DNA from: the human T2T-CHM13v2.0 reference genome, Homo sapiens
Reading direction: 5' to 3' (one strand)
NCBI RefSeq assembly: GCF_009914755.1
Contig: NC_060932.1
DNA length: 64,000 nucleotides
The stretch's first letter is position 1. The number at the start of each line of letters is the position of its first letter. The translations under genes were made by a program, and so were the position numbers. Positions 1 through 11,932 of this stretch are shown piece by piece. The notes under the pieces were generated by a model, which had not been told where the DNA came from, did no database searches, and saw only the letters and a list, made by a program, of their open reading frames with translations.

Positions 1-479
1 CACTAAAAATAATAATTATGTTAATAAAAAGAAGTATATTTTATGAGATAAAGAGTAAGTTTAATTTCAACATTGAGATACTGTATTTTTCATTGTTTCC
101 CTAGACAGGTAAGTCAAAATCAGAAATCCGTTGTTTAAAAAATACATTTTTTTCTTAAACAATGCATCTTAAGTTGCTACTCTTATTTCCAAATTATATT
201 TAGGAAGGCTGTGGTTTTACTTATTATATTTTAATATATTTTATTTTATCCTTAAAATCCCAAATTCTAAAAATCATAAACATTCTGTTCTATACTGTAG
301 GTTTTTAAATGCCAAAATGGTATTGGAAATGCTTCAGAATTTTAAACTAAATTAAAATTATTAGTTAACTTTAAAAAATTACCTTGAGGTTCTTATTGTC
401 CTGGAATACATTATACAAAAAAAATCAATTAGAAAGAATGCTGTTCAAAATACATTACATAATTTTAGTGACTTACGTA

Positions 480-900
480 TGCCTTTTTTGTTGGGTATAT
501 TTATAAAATAGAAATTGTTGGGTTATAAGGTATGCATATATGGTAGATATGCCAAAGAGTTTTCCAAGCTTTCTTGAATAAATGTAGTCCACTGGCAGTG
601 AATGAATGGTCCACATGTTCCAGAAAACATTATATCATGTCAGTTTATTTAATTTAGTCTAAAGGTTATCTTTTTTGGGTTTATTTTATTTTAATATATA
701 GTAAAATTGACTATGATTTTGGATGTGAATTTCCATAAATTTTAGCACACATATAGCCACATATAACCAACCACACTACATCAACTCTATACCCTGACAA
801 TTACTGATCTGTTCTCCATCACTATAATTTTGTCTTTTCAAGAATATCTTGTAAATGGAATTCTTACAAATATAAAGTAAATGTTTATTTTCTGGCTATA
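480..900 (-). mobile_element. Degraded old L1M (L1ME-like) 3' UTR fragments
   Basis: Motifs such as 'gaaattgttgggttataaggtatgcatat' and 'tactgatctgttctccatcactataattttgtcttttcaagaatatcttgtaaatggaat' resemble antisense L1ME 3' UTR; heavily diverged. Confidence 0.5.
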
Positions 901-2419
901 CAACTAGAATAGAATACATAAAGACAAATATGTTTTATTCCTTATTGGCGTGGTACATGGTAGCTTGCCATGGACATTTGTCATACAACTGAATAAATAA
1001 ATGATGTTTGTTAGTTTATTTCAATTACGTTTTCAATTGTTTCAGTTTTAATAAAAATGAGCATTTTCACTGCTTTCATTTATTTTTTCTTTCCTCCATT
1101 ATTCACTCCCTTATTCAGAAACAGTTCATTATGTATCTTACTTTCTCAAAATATTAACCTTACTTTCACTTTAAATAGTATACATGGAAACTAATATTTT
1201 GTGTGTGTTAAGTATATTGATTTACTTGAAAAATAAAAGCAATAAAAGCACCTAATATATTCTCAATATACCTACAATGCCATAAAATGTACAAATATCT
1301 TGAACTACATGTGTCTATTGAACAGAGTAATGAATTATAGCAACAAAAAAAAAATACAAAATCCAAGTAATTTAGATCCACAGAAGTAAATTATTAGTTA
1401 TATATAGGTGAAAGTAAACATTTTATTTAAAGAATTAAAGTTTAAAAACAAATCTTGGCCTATTGCCAAATTGTTAGTTGGAAGTATTGTAGTGTTAGAG
1501 AATTTGAAAATCTGCTCAAATGTGTAGAAGAGTGCTTCACTTCACTTACTGCAGTCCACAGAAGTTTAAATGTGGTTAAGATACTTAGTTCAAATCAATA
1601 TTTTGCTGATCCATGTGTGAAAAGGTATATTCAACTGACTCTCCTAGTAATACCAAGTAACTATTAGAATAATTCCATGGGTATGTGTGTTTCTATTTTT
1701 ATTTTGTGTCTCTGAAAGCCTAGGGCATTGAATCTCTTCATTGCCTTTGTTAAACCTCATATGTAATTGAGCCTTTGTTGGAAACTCAGCCAAGTCTTAA
1801 AGATATTTCAAGCTACAACATATATTGTTACATAACTAGAAAGTGCAATAATCTCTCAGGAAACTACAGGAATTTGCATATGGCATGGACCATGACTTAA
1901 TTTTATGTTAGCTAAATTCCTTATCAAATTATTTTGAGATTTTTCTTTCCAACATAAGAAAAACAATTGAAAAATGGAAAATTAGTGAAACCAGACCTGA
2001 TGTTGCATTTCAGCAGGGGCCTTTGGGTAGAAAGCATGAGACTGTTTTTTTTGCTTCCTCTGCAGTCAGTGCATGAGGGGATGTTATGCCACAGTGTTTC
2101 ACAAGTCTGCTGATTCTAGGAAAAAGCAAACAACCAAAAAGAATAACAGCAACAAAAATGAGTTGCTTTCCAGGCTTATACTAAAACAACATGACTTCAG
2201 CTATTACAAATACTTGAGTTTGAATTCCAGTGAGTTCACTTAGATCTATGAAGATTTTAATTATGAAAGACTAAGGATTATATTTCCCTCCCTGTTTCCT
2301 TTATCATCTAATTGCAGCATTTATTTTTCTCTACTCATCATCTACAGCTTTGTATAACATATCATTTTCTTTGTAAAACATAGTTCTCAATAGGATGCTG
2401 GATGATACAGTTTGGGATT

Positions 2420-2556
2420 AGGGTGGAAGAGAAAAAGGCAGGGAGAGAAAGAAAAAGGAAATGAGAGACAAGAGAAAAAAGAGAAGTGAGAAGAGAACAG
2501 GAGGAGGAAATGGCTGAAGCAAAAAACGGATGCAGCAAGAAAGGGAAAGAGAGAGG
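2420..2556. repeat. Purine-rich (GA) low-complexity tract
   Basis: Almost pure A/G run (agagaaaaaggcagggagagaaagaaaaagg...). Confidence 0.8.
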
Positions 2557-3527
2557 CATTAAACTTTTAGTTCATCAAACTAGAAGCTACAATAACTCAA
2601 TTAGTCATGTGCAATTTTATTGAAGGGGATAAGATAAGATAAAGAACAAAGATAGATAGCAACCAATAAGAAATGTGATGTTTAAGAGAAATACGGCTTA
2701 AAACAGGACAGGCAGGCGGTATACACAGGCAAGAAAATAAAAAGGTCAAGGAGTATGTTGTAATCAATTGTTAAACACAGGGTAGGAAGAAAATACTCTG
2801 TAATACTGGTTCTACCAACAGGGGAATAAAGCCAGTTTGTGGCAAATTGTACAAGATCAATTTTAATATAACATTATATTATCTACATCATGTATTATGA
2901 GATAGTGCTTGATGCAAAATGAACTTATGGTCAGTACAGAAACTAAAGGTTCCATAGAAAATATACTTTATTTTTACATTAAATATATGTATTGGTAATA
3001 GGTTCCAGTGACATGCATATAGAAATAATATGTATTTATTGAACATGCAAAATATGTTTTATTATTTAGATATTGTATTAAAGTTTGTACAATACAGCCT
3101 AAATTAATGATATTTTCCTTAGCAGTTATTATAAAAATAAACAGTAATTGTTATATAAAAATTATTTTTCTTCATATCTCAATTTGCAACGTTCATCTAT
3201 GTGAGTTTGTTAGTAAACTCTCGCAGCCTCATTTTTTAAAACGTGATAATAAAAAGATACTGCATAGAGTTATTATGAGTATTAAAGAATTTTAAAGCAC
3301 TTAGGAAAATATCTGACACGTAAGGAATACACAAATATTAGATATAATTGAATATCTGTCTAAGGAGAGATAAAGAAGGGATTCTTGATATGAGATTCTT
3401 GATATGAATTCGTGTCTTTTTTTTTTTTTGTAAGTAAGCACTGTCTGTATGTTACTGTGTCTGTAATTATGTTTTTCCATGTGACTGAATGCATTCTTCA
3501 AAAGGCATTTGCAGTGATACATCCTAG

Positions 3528-4562
3528 TGATGGCAGCAACCGCCCGTCTGGAGCCGCGGTTGGGAAGACGTCGTCTGCAGCAAGGGAGGCGTGGTGGGGC
3601 TGTGCCTCTGTGGAGCTGGTGAGGCCGGGAACAGGCAGGCCCCCCGCCCCTATCAAGTCGCGGGGCAAGAGCCCCTCCCTCCAGATGCAACTGCAAGGGT
3701 GACTCCAGACCTATACGCCCTATGGCACTGTAGGCTCGGAAGGGCCTGCTCCCACTCCCTGGCCTGTTCCGGCTCGGGCACCCACACCACTGTAAAGCAA
3801 AGTTGTAGCTGAGCCTGGGCGTTGTGGCAACCCAGCCGAATGTGTGTGCTGGAGGAGACGCTGACATGCCAGCCTCCACTCCCACACCTCAGTCCCCGTG
3901 GGACTTTGGGCACAGACGATCAAGGGACAGAGGCTGAGGGGGGGCTGAAGCTGGTGCAGTGTAGGCTTGCAGGCGACCATTGGCATGAATAGCCTTCGTA
4001 CCACAGATGACATATTGATGGAGGCAGGAGGCAGACACTTTCCTAGGCAGAAAGGGGTGAGTCCTTGGTGAGGCCCCACCTTCAAACCAGGGACAGGGAA
4101 GACTGGGGGCCAGGCCGTAGGCCGCCTGTAGTGAGAACTTACAGTGCTTTTTCCAGGCCTGCCCATGGCCACCCATGAACCAATCAGCATGCACTTCCTT
4201 CCTTCTGAAGCCATAAAAATCCTGGACTCAGCCAGACTCACACAGATTACCTGCCTGCAGATAGGAGCTACCACTGTGGTGCTTCTCTCCACTGAAGGCT
4301 ACAGATGTCAGGAAGACCTGCCTGCCTAAAGGAGCTACCTACTCGGGATCTCCAGGATGATGTGCCTGCTTATAGGAGCTACTCACTCCAAATCTCCTCC
4401 TTGTTGAGGGCTGCAGACTTGACAGGACGACTGCCTGTGGATAGGAGCTACCCACTTCAGGTCTCCTAGAGTTGTACTGTTGCTCAATAAAGCACTTCTT
4501 CACCTTCCTAGCCCTTCAGTTTTCTGCATACCTCATTCTTCCTGGATGTGGGACAAGAATTT
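3528..4562 (+). mobile_element. MER52-family ERV1 LTR, 3'-truncated
   Basis: Starts TGATGGCAGCAACCGCCCGTCTGGAGC, matching the MER52 5' end. GC-rich U3, internal 'ctgcctgcagataggagctacc' repeats, AATAAA at 4486-4491. Stops after 'gggacaagaat' with no terminal CA or TSD. Confidence 0.8.
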
Positions 4563-4574
4563 TGGTAGTACTGC

Positions 4575-5082
4575 AGATTCTTTTGGAAAAAAAATTCAGA
4601 AAAGTCTCAGTGGTGGTGGCTTTTCTCTGCTCCACAACTTTCAGGATTTGCCCTTGAAGACCTGAATGATTGAAAGTTGAACAATTAGATATGAAAGATT
4701 TACTTCCCAGATATCTTCTTCGGTGACATGCTGACCTCTGGATGTGTCGGCTGAGGTTTTGGATTAGTTGGGATTGTCCACAGAGCATCTAGAGGTGACC
4801 TCTTCATGTGACTGGGGCTTATCACAATATGACATCAGTATCTGAATGGATATACTATGAGAGGTATTATCCTTAGAGCTAGGTGAAAGCTGGATGCCTT
4901 ATTCTCACCTAACTTCCAAAATAATGCATTATCATTTGATCATATTCTATTGATTACAAGAAGTTATAAGCCCTGCTCAGATTCAACAAGAAAGGATTTT
5001 GATGAAGGGAACAGAGTGGAAGAGTGTATTAGTTGGGAGATACTGTGATGGTGGCTAAATTTTGAAAATATAATCTGTCACA
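4575..5082 (-). mobile_element. Ancient MaLR LTR (MLT1H/J-like), partial
   Basis: Reverse complement of the right end reads TGTGACAGATTATATTTTCAAAA...CAGTATCTCCCA, like the MLT1 5' end; internal 'ccctgctcagattcaa' and 'catattctattg' motifs. Confidence 0.65.
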
Positions 5083-5087
5083 CACAT

Positions 5088-5621
5088 GGTATATGCAGAG
5101 GAATATAAATCATTCTACTATAAAGATACATGCATGTGAATGTCCACTGCAGGACTATATGACAGTTTGAGTAAGTAAAATGTGGTACATATACACATTG
5201 GAACACTATGTCCACCAGTGACAGTTTGAATAAGTAAAATGTGGTACATATACACAATGGAATACTATGCAGCCATAAAAAATGAGGTCATGTCTTGTGT
5301 GGGAACATGGCTGGAACTAGAGACTATTATCCTTATCAAATGAATGCAGGAACAGAAAACCAAATACTGCATGTTCTCACTTTTAAGTGAAAGCTGAATG
5401 ATGAGAACTAATGAACACAAAGAAGGGAGCAACAGATACTGGGGTCTCCTTGAGGGTGGAGAGGGAGAGGAGGGAGAGGAGCAGAAAAGAATAACTATTG
5501 GGTTCTAGGCTTAGTACCCGGGTGATGAAGGAATCTGTGTAACAAATCCGCACAATACGAGTTTAGCTATGTAACAAACCATCCTATGTACCCCCGAACC
5601 TAAAATAAAAGTTAAATAAAA
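5088..5621 (+). mobile_element. L1PA15/16-type 3' end with internal 51-bp duplication
   Basis: 'aaatgtggtacatatacac...ggaatactatgcagccataaaa', 'gaacacaaagaagggagcaacaga', 'ataactattgggttctaggcttagtacc' and an A-rich tail. Confidence 0.85.
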
Positions 5622-6076
5622 ACCCGGAAGATTTGTGCTATAATATGTTTTCTAATACAAACACAGAAAAGTCATTAGCCATTGCAATATTTCGTTTGTT
5701 CATATAATGTTTGGAGTGTTTGAATTGCATAATTATATTTGTTTAGGGCTCAAAGAATATATGATCCAGAATGTCGCCTTCAAGTGATCTCTTCATTTGT
5801 GGTTCCCTTATGTACTGTCAGATTGCTGGGATAGTTATTAAACCGGTGCGTAAGCACCAGTTTAATTTGATTTCTGCTAGAAAACAGTAAAGCCAGATAA
5901 AAAGTAAATGATATGGAATAATATGGCTACTAATAGAATTTTATATCATGTAGGTAAAATATCAGTTTGAGGTATAACATAAAGAAGGTCTTCCTTATTT
6001 TGTTCATTCAACAATTGTCAGTTAAGTTTCTTTACTGTCATTACAAGAATATATCAAAATATTAATAGATTTTTAT

Positions 6077-6136
6077 TACAAAAATATATAATCTAATTTG
6101 CAACCTTACAAAAATATGTAATCTAATTTGCAACCT
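6077..6136. repeat. 30-bp tandem duplication (2 copies, 1 mismatch)
   Basis: tacaaaaatatataatctaatttgcaacct / tacaaaaatatgtaatctaatttgcaacct. Confidence 0.95.
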
Positions 6137-6921
6137 GCTACTTCAATAAGACATCATAGTAAAGAGGCTTAATTTTTATTAGTATGTTATGTAACTTTAT
6201 AGCTTGAAAAATAAAATGAACTTGCAATTACTTAGGAGTTTTAGTGAGATCCATATACTAGTACCCATAAATATTTCTAGTCATAGAGTAATTATTCGAG
6301 CAATAAGAATTCAGTGAAGAAGCACGGGTTGAGTGGAAGGCAGAAGATGATTCCGGCTTCTTAAATATTAGATGCAACATGATGTAACTTTTAGAAGTAA
6401 GCTAATTATATTTATGATATATTTATTGCATAATAGCAAACACAATACTCAGGATTATAGGAAATTTTAAAACTCTGAAAATTTTAGTGTTTATTTTCAT
6501 ACTTAATAGCTACATATATTTTGATGTTATTCAGACATCAGTTGATTCTGATGCAAAATAAGAGCTAGATTTACAGACTTTCAAGGCTCCTTACATATTA
6601 AGTTTCCTTGAAAAATAACATAAAGAGGGTAATGAAAATCTCAGTCAATATAGTAAAATAATTGACATTTTCATAGCATATACTGAACACCTTTAATTGA
6701 CATTTTAATGACAGATGTTGAACAGTAAACAGTTGCATCTAGACACCTTTCCACATATTTATTTATATACCTTTTTATGCATCATAGAATCACAAATAAA
6801 ATAGCAGATTTAGCATTAGCCAAACCTTACTCTACGAAATAAATAATACATAGTCACTCAATATATATACATATATTATCTGTTGTCACCAAATATATGA
6901 ATGTATATATACATATACACA

Positions 6922-7516
6922 ATAGGCAGGATAGGTAGTCAAGCAAGTGACCATGTTCTCAGGATGCAGCAACTGTGTTGACCATCAACACAATCAACAC
7001 AACAAGCCTCACCATTAGCATTGTAATTGAGCTCATTCAAGCAAAGCTATCTTCAGTAGACTTTCCCTGCTAGACAGCATGAGCACTTTGATTTTACCTG
7101 TCCTCAAACTGACCCTTTACTCAATATCATAGTAAAAAACCCACTTCTGGGTGGAGATTTAATATGCTAGCTAGACATGCCATGTATGAACAAGCATGTA
7201 CAGCTACTGTGCATGTGCACCCATAGGACCACCTAGAACATGTTTATGACCAATGCCACTTTCCACCTCCTTACGAATAATCATGTAAGACTCCCATAAA
7301 GAAAGTCTTCCTACTTCCAGTCTTTGCTGTCTTGACCTTATGAGCAGCCTGCCCTGAATTCCCTCTCTCAGATTGTACTGTCTATTTTGCACCTCACTTT
7401 CAAAATATTCTCTTTCTTTCACAATAAAATACTCTATGCTGCATCTCCTTTGCCGTGTATCTCTTGTTTAAATTCTTTTAAACTAAGAAAACAAGAACCG
7501 AGGTATCACATCAGCA
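6922..7516 (+). repeat. 5' LTR (MER66C-like)
   Basis: Direct repeat of 12152-12750; 'ggcaggataggtagtcaa...aataaaatactctatgctgc...gtatcacatcagca'. Confidence 0.93.
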
Positions 7517-7520
7517 TTTC

Positions 7521-7538
7521 TAGTGCTGCGACCCAGAT
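7521..7538 (+). promoter_or_regulatory. Primer-binding site, tRNA-His-like (degenerate)
   Basis: tagtgctgcgacccagat vs TGGTGCCGTGACTCGGAT: 13/18 matches, all mismatches are transitions; lies 4 nt after the 5' LTR. Confidence 0.7.
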
Positions 7539-9664
7539 AGAGGTTCATCTGCTTCATTGATTTCAGTCTCCCTTCACCCGTGATGGGTACTATGGCAGTA
7601 CCAGGCTACCTGGTTGACTATCACTGCTTTTCCTAGCTTTATTTCATTTAGGTTTCTGAGGAGGACCTTTTAAATAACTCACATTCTCCGTGCAAGTAAT
7701 TGTGATTGCTTTCCATTTTGCTGCTACTTTGGCAATGTTAATAATTACCTTATTCAGATGAAATGTCCTGATTATTAAGCCTTTGGATTCTTTTGCTGTT
7801 TTTATCTCACTGTTTGTTTTGCTGTCCCTCTCAGGACCATGCCTGACCAGTAATAATTGGCCACTGTAACTTGTTTGTTAAACAAGTAATCTCTTCAAAG
7901 ATTTTTGATCACCTTGACACTTTAAATCTAATTTTGCTAACAGTGCCCTGTGTCCCTCCAGGCTCTATGTGTTCTGAGACTCCTTTGGGAGACTTTGCAA
8001 GAGGCCATCCATGTTGAGCATCGGATGCATGTCCACATAGATGCACAGTCATGGTGACTACACCCATGCATTCAAAGCATTATAATTGGGCGTCAAAAAT
8101 GGCAGATCGGTGAAGTAAGGGAAGGCTTATTGACGAGTCATCAGGGACCCCCAGCCGGGGGCAGAGGCCATCTCAGTTGGGCCTGGAGATGGCCAGCACT
8201 GAGAGACCCAGGACGATGCATGGCAAACACCCATGACCCCCTAGGGCCTCGGTTTAATGGAGTTTCAAAGGGACGCCCTGGACCGCTTCGTGGTTCAGCT
8301 TGGCTCATGGGTATGCCCATGGTCTGCTGGATTTCAGTATATGTTTCTGACTTTGAAGGATTCTTTAGCATCTAGGAGCCACCTCTCTACTCTCACTGAA
8401 ACACTTCTAGGGTGTATATCAAAAACTGGAATATTTTTAAGCCATATAAATTAAAAGATAATTAAAATGTGGCCAAAGAATAAAACTCTTGATACCATCC
8501 TCACCACTTTAAGGCTTGGGGTTTTATTTTCCATCCCTGAGTCTTTCCCTTTCCTCTCATTCTTTCACTTACTTATAAATCTCCAGAACAATCCCCCTCA
8601 ACCATCGTGACTTTACTCCCTCCTGCTGATTTCTCAGTTCATCTTGATGGGTGATTAACGGAGGAGGGAGGACTTTGAAGTCCACACAAAGTAGATCTAG
8701 GTCACTGTCGCCTTCCCTGAGAGGAGGCATGTGAGGGTGGCAGGGCTTAAGCCCAGGCCATGCAATGTCTAGAGACCTTCATTTTTCCCTAGTAATAACC
8801 ATCCTGTTGTTCGGAGTTTATTGCATTTCACCCCTTTGAGTCCTGTCCTTCATGAAAATTTATCTTGCTTTTTGATCCATCGGTATTCATAGATTTTCAT
8901 CTGCTTTCTTTTTATCTCTCACCCATAAGGCTATAAAGAGTTGTCCTAAAGGTTCTTTCTGCTGTGTGTGTCGGGACTCTTCTGCCTTTGACTAGGGCAG
9001 AGGGAATTTTGTCTTTACACAGAAGAAAACTGTAATTGCTGGGTAAAACACATTTTCTGCCAAATTCCCTACATGGAATCTAGAAAGCCTAATGGACATA
9101 GCTACTTATTCCTCCTAAGCTGTTATTTTAAGACCAAAATTAAAACATGAATGCCACATATGTAAGGTTGGCCATTACTAACCTTAAAAAAAGATAAATA
9201 AATGCTCCATAATTAGGCTTATTCAACATAGCAGGGTCCCAAACAATGCTGTTTTTCTATCAGGCCTTTTATAAAAACAAAGAAGGATGATCAGAAGCTC
9301 CCCAAGGGCCCAGGGGAACCTGACATTATTCCTTCCTCTAACCAAACATCTCTATACTGACAAGTCTCTTAAAGGCCAATACCAAATATATAATGCCCAT
9401 GTTATTCAAAAAAGTTCAGGAGAACGTAACATAATCAATCACTCTATATTAAGAAATTTGCCTCCCACCAACAACTTTATTTTATTAAAATCTAGTCCAG
9501 GGTTGCTTTTTAAACCTCTCAAGCTTCTACTCTTTCTAGTAGTCCTTTGTCACTTGATGCACAGTCTCCTGTACATCTTCCACATCAGCTTGTTCACCAA
9601 ACACTCCCTGAAGAGCTCAGTCCTGTTGGAACAACTCGTAGCAGAGTATCCTATTGTCCGCCAA

Positions 9665-9700
9665 AACAACAATAGCAACAACAACAACAACAACAACAAC
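9665..9700. repeat. (CAA)n microsatellite inside the provirus
   Basis: aacaacaatagcaacaacaacaacaacaacaacaac. Confidence 0.95.
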
Positions 9701-9761
9701 ACTGCTCTCTTGGGAGGATAAAAATTATAGAGACAGATTCAATCATAGAAACCTACTCATT

Positions 9762-10125
9762 AGTCAGCCTGCCTCAGGTATTAGAAAAAAAGTCACAAAA
9801 ACTAGCCAAAGGTGCCAAAACTCCAATAAATGAACTACTAAAAACAGCTTTTGGAGTCTTCATTAACCAAGATAGAATGAAAAAACACACAGATGAAAGA
9901 GGAAAAGAGAGGCAAAAGACAGATCCTGTTGTTGGCTCTCATTACGCAAAAACTCCCACTTCCAGGTCATCCTGGGCAGAACCTAAAGAGCTATTGCCAC
10001 ATTTATAAAAAGCTGGGACACTGCCACCAAATAACTCACAAAGGCCTTTAAGCTTGCAAACTTTCTGGAGCCTATCATCGATGAGACTAAGAAGGGCACT
10101 GAAAGAAGGACTGTCCTCAGCTCTA
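9762..10125 (+). pseudogene. gag: ERV1 gag remnant (C-terminal capsid plus two decayed zinc knuckles)
   Basis: Translates with a frameshift and stops to SQPASGIRKK/SQKLAKGAKTPINELLKTAFGVFINQD, then CHIYKKLGHC (9995) and GAYHR*D*EGH*KKDCPQL (10067-10123). Confidence 0.8.
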
Positions 10126-10227
10126 AAGAGAGGACGGGACTCCTAATTCCTTATTGTCTCTGGCTAAATCCTAAAGAGGCCCAAGGCAGACAATGACTGC
10201 CATGCGGCAATTAGTCCCAGTCACAGC

Positions 10228-10401
10228 AACAGAGCCTTGGTTGCTCTTGGATATGACAAAAATATTATTTTTCATTTAAACATAGAGGCTGGCCTATCAG
10301 CCTTCACTTTCTGCCCTGGACCTCTGCCTGCCAAACACTGCACTGTCATCGGTGTTAATAGCACACCCCAAACTAGGATTTTCACTCTACCCCACAGCTG
10401 A
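10228..10401 (+). pseudogene. pro: ERV1 protease remnant, active site decayed
   Basis: TEPWLLLDM...NIIFHLNIEAGLSAFTFCPGPLPAKHCTVIGVNSTPQTRIFT aligns to the gammaretroviral-like FLLDTGAxxSVL pattern; DTGA has become NIEA. Confidence 0.75.
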
Positions 10402-10562
10402 CCAACTTCAGCTGCAGTAAAACCTAGGGGTGTGGGGTCTTGGGTGCTCTTAACAAAAATACAAAGTTATTCCTTTTTAGTTATCACAGAAACCCACAAC
10501 ACAGACTCCAAGCTATTCCTGAGAAGCTCTGGAGGATCTAGAGCTCCTGTTCAAGAAACAGC
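10402..10562 (+). pseudogene. pol: Integrase C-terminal remnant (rest of pol deleted)
   Basis: PTSAAVKPRGVGSWVLLTKI resembles TPTAVKVxGIxSWIHxTRVK, and YS*EALEDLELLFKKQ resembles YSCEPLEDLKLLF; joined directly to the protease. Confidence 0.7.
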
Positions 10563-10699
10563 CAGCACTCCAAACATCAAACAATTACTATTGCCTAAGC
10601 ACCAGCTTCTATTCCAGAAAACAACTTGCAGTGAGACCACCTTAAAAGATAAGTAATGTTCTTATTTTTCTCTTATTTACTCACTCATTGCATTTTAGG

Positions 10700-11932
10700 T
10701 ATTCTTGGCTAGCTTATTAAAATTAATCCATACTTGCTGGCTTTGCATGACTACTGAAAGTTGAAAATATACCAAATCTGTGCCTCAAGAAAACTGGGCC
10801 AAAACTTCTATACACCTCTTGGTACAAACCCATTGGCCCATAATATGGGAATATCTGATTAAACGAGCAATACAAAGAGACTTTCTTGGAACTGGCTATA
10901 GCCAGTTCAACTTTCCACTTTTAACTATTCATAATAGCTCCACTCTGCCAAAGGGAATATTGCTTTCTTACCTTACCTTTTATCTGCAGCAATTCCCCTT
11001 CTGTTTTTATAGCAACAATGCCAGTTCCACTACCTTTATAGAAAAACTCCAAGCGACAGTCAGTGTAACCAAATATTTGTCAGTGAGTCATCTATACACC
11101 TTATGATGAGACCCTAAAAGGGGGATATTATTGTTAAAAAAATACTTATTAACACCACCACCCAACTCTACTACCCTCTGATAAACCCATGGCCACCAAA
11201 CTTCTATTACTTTTACTATCTTAATGCGAAATACTTTTGCAGCACAAATTTCAGCATCACATGGAATTTTTGGGGGTTTGTGAGATCTTTGGCATATCTA
11301 CAACTTCCTCTACTATGCAAGGGGAGATGCTCCATTGCTTACATTTCTCCTTATTTAACTTTCACATGTATTAAAGCATCTCTCCCTTGCCCCATGTACT
11401 AATATCACAAGATCCACCTCTGAGCAGGACCATTTGTTCCTTTGGGGTAAGTACTATCTTCTCCTCTGGGACTAACCCAGTCAGCCATGGGAGGCAGAGC
11501 ATAAGCATCTTGCAGAAATAAAACAGTCTCAGAAGACCACAGTGGCCCTCCAAAAAGTAGCTAAGGATCTCACTGGACTTCAAACAACTGCTAGACTCCC
11601 TGGCCACTGCAGTCCTACAGAACCAAAGAGCCTTAGGTCTTCTCAGAGACGGGCAAGGAGTACCATGTTTGTATCTAAAAGAAGAATGCTGTTTTTCTAT
11701 CAATCAGTCTGGTTTTGTCCAAGAAAATGTGAAAAATGTCATTACCTATGCGGACAAAATTGAGTCTTTAGGAAGGTCTATGGGAACTTGGAAGCAATGG
11801 TTATTGCCTGCCTTGCTCCCTTTAGTGGTATTAGTCAATACCATACTTTTAGCTTTAACTTTTGGTCCAACTTTGTTTACAATGTTAACCATTTCTTGCT
11901 CTCTCGCTTACAGCAACTCCACTCCTGCATGA
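10700..11932 (+). pseudogene. env: ERV1 env remnant (SU CWLC motif; TM with ISD, CX6CC and membrane anchor)
   Basis: CWLC at 10735-10746; LAYLQLPLLCKGRCSIAYISP near 11290; frame 11561-11932 reads LDSLATAVLQNQRALGLLRDGQGVPCLYLKEECCFSINQSG...WLLPALLPLVVLVNTILLALTFGP. Multiple stops and frameshifts upstream. Confidence 0.88.

Noticed and set aside
3301-4329. Cluster of long overlapping ORFs (194, 190 and 101 aa)
   Set aside because: They lie in the GC-rich MER52 LTR, where stops are rare; there are no recognisable domains and ORFs occur on both strands.
4249-4455. Repeat-spacer-like pattern resembling a CRISPR array
   Set aside because: Degenerate repeats with related, irregular spacers inside a primate LTR; no cas genes.
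9287-9721. 144-aa ORF with a poly-Asn tail
   Set aside because: Poly-N comes from a (CAA)n microsatellite in decayed ERV sequence; no protein motif.
10700-11932. Syncytin-like domesticated env gene
   Set aside because: SU has multiple stops and frameshifts, the furin site and fusion peptide are decayed, and there is no start codon or signal peptide for the TM frame.
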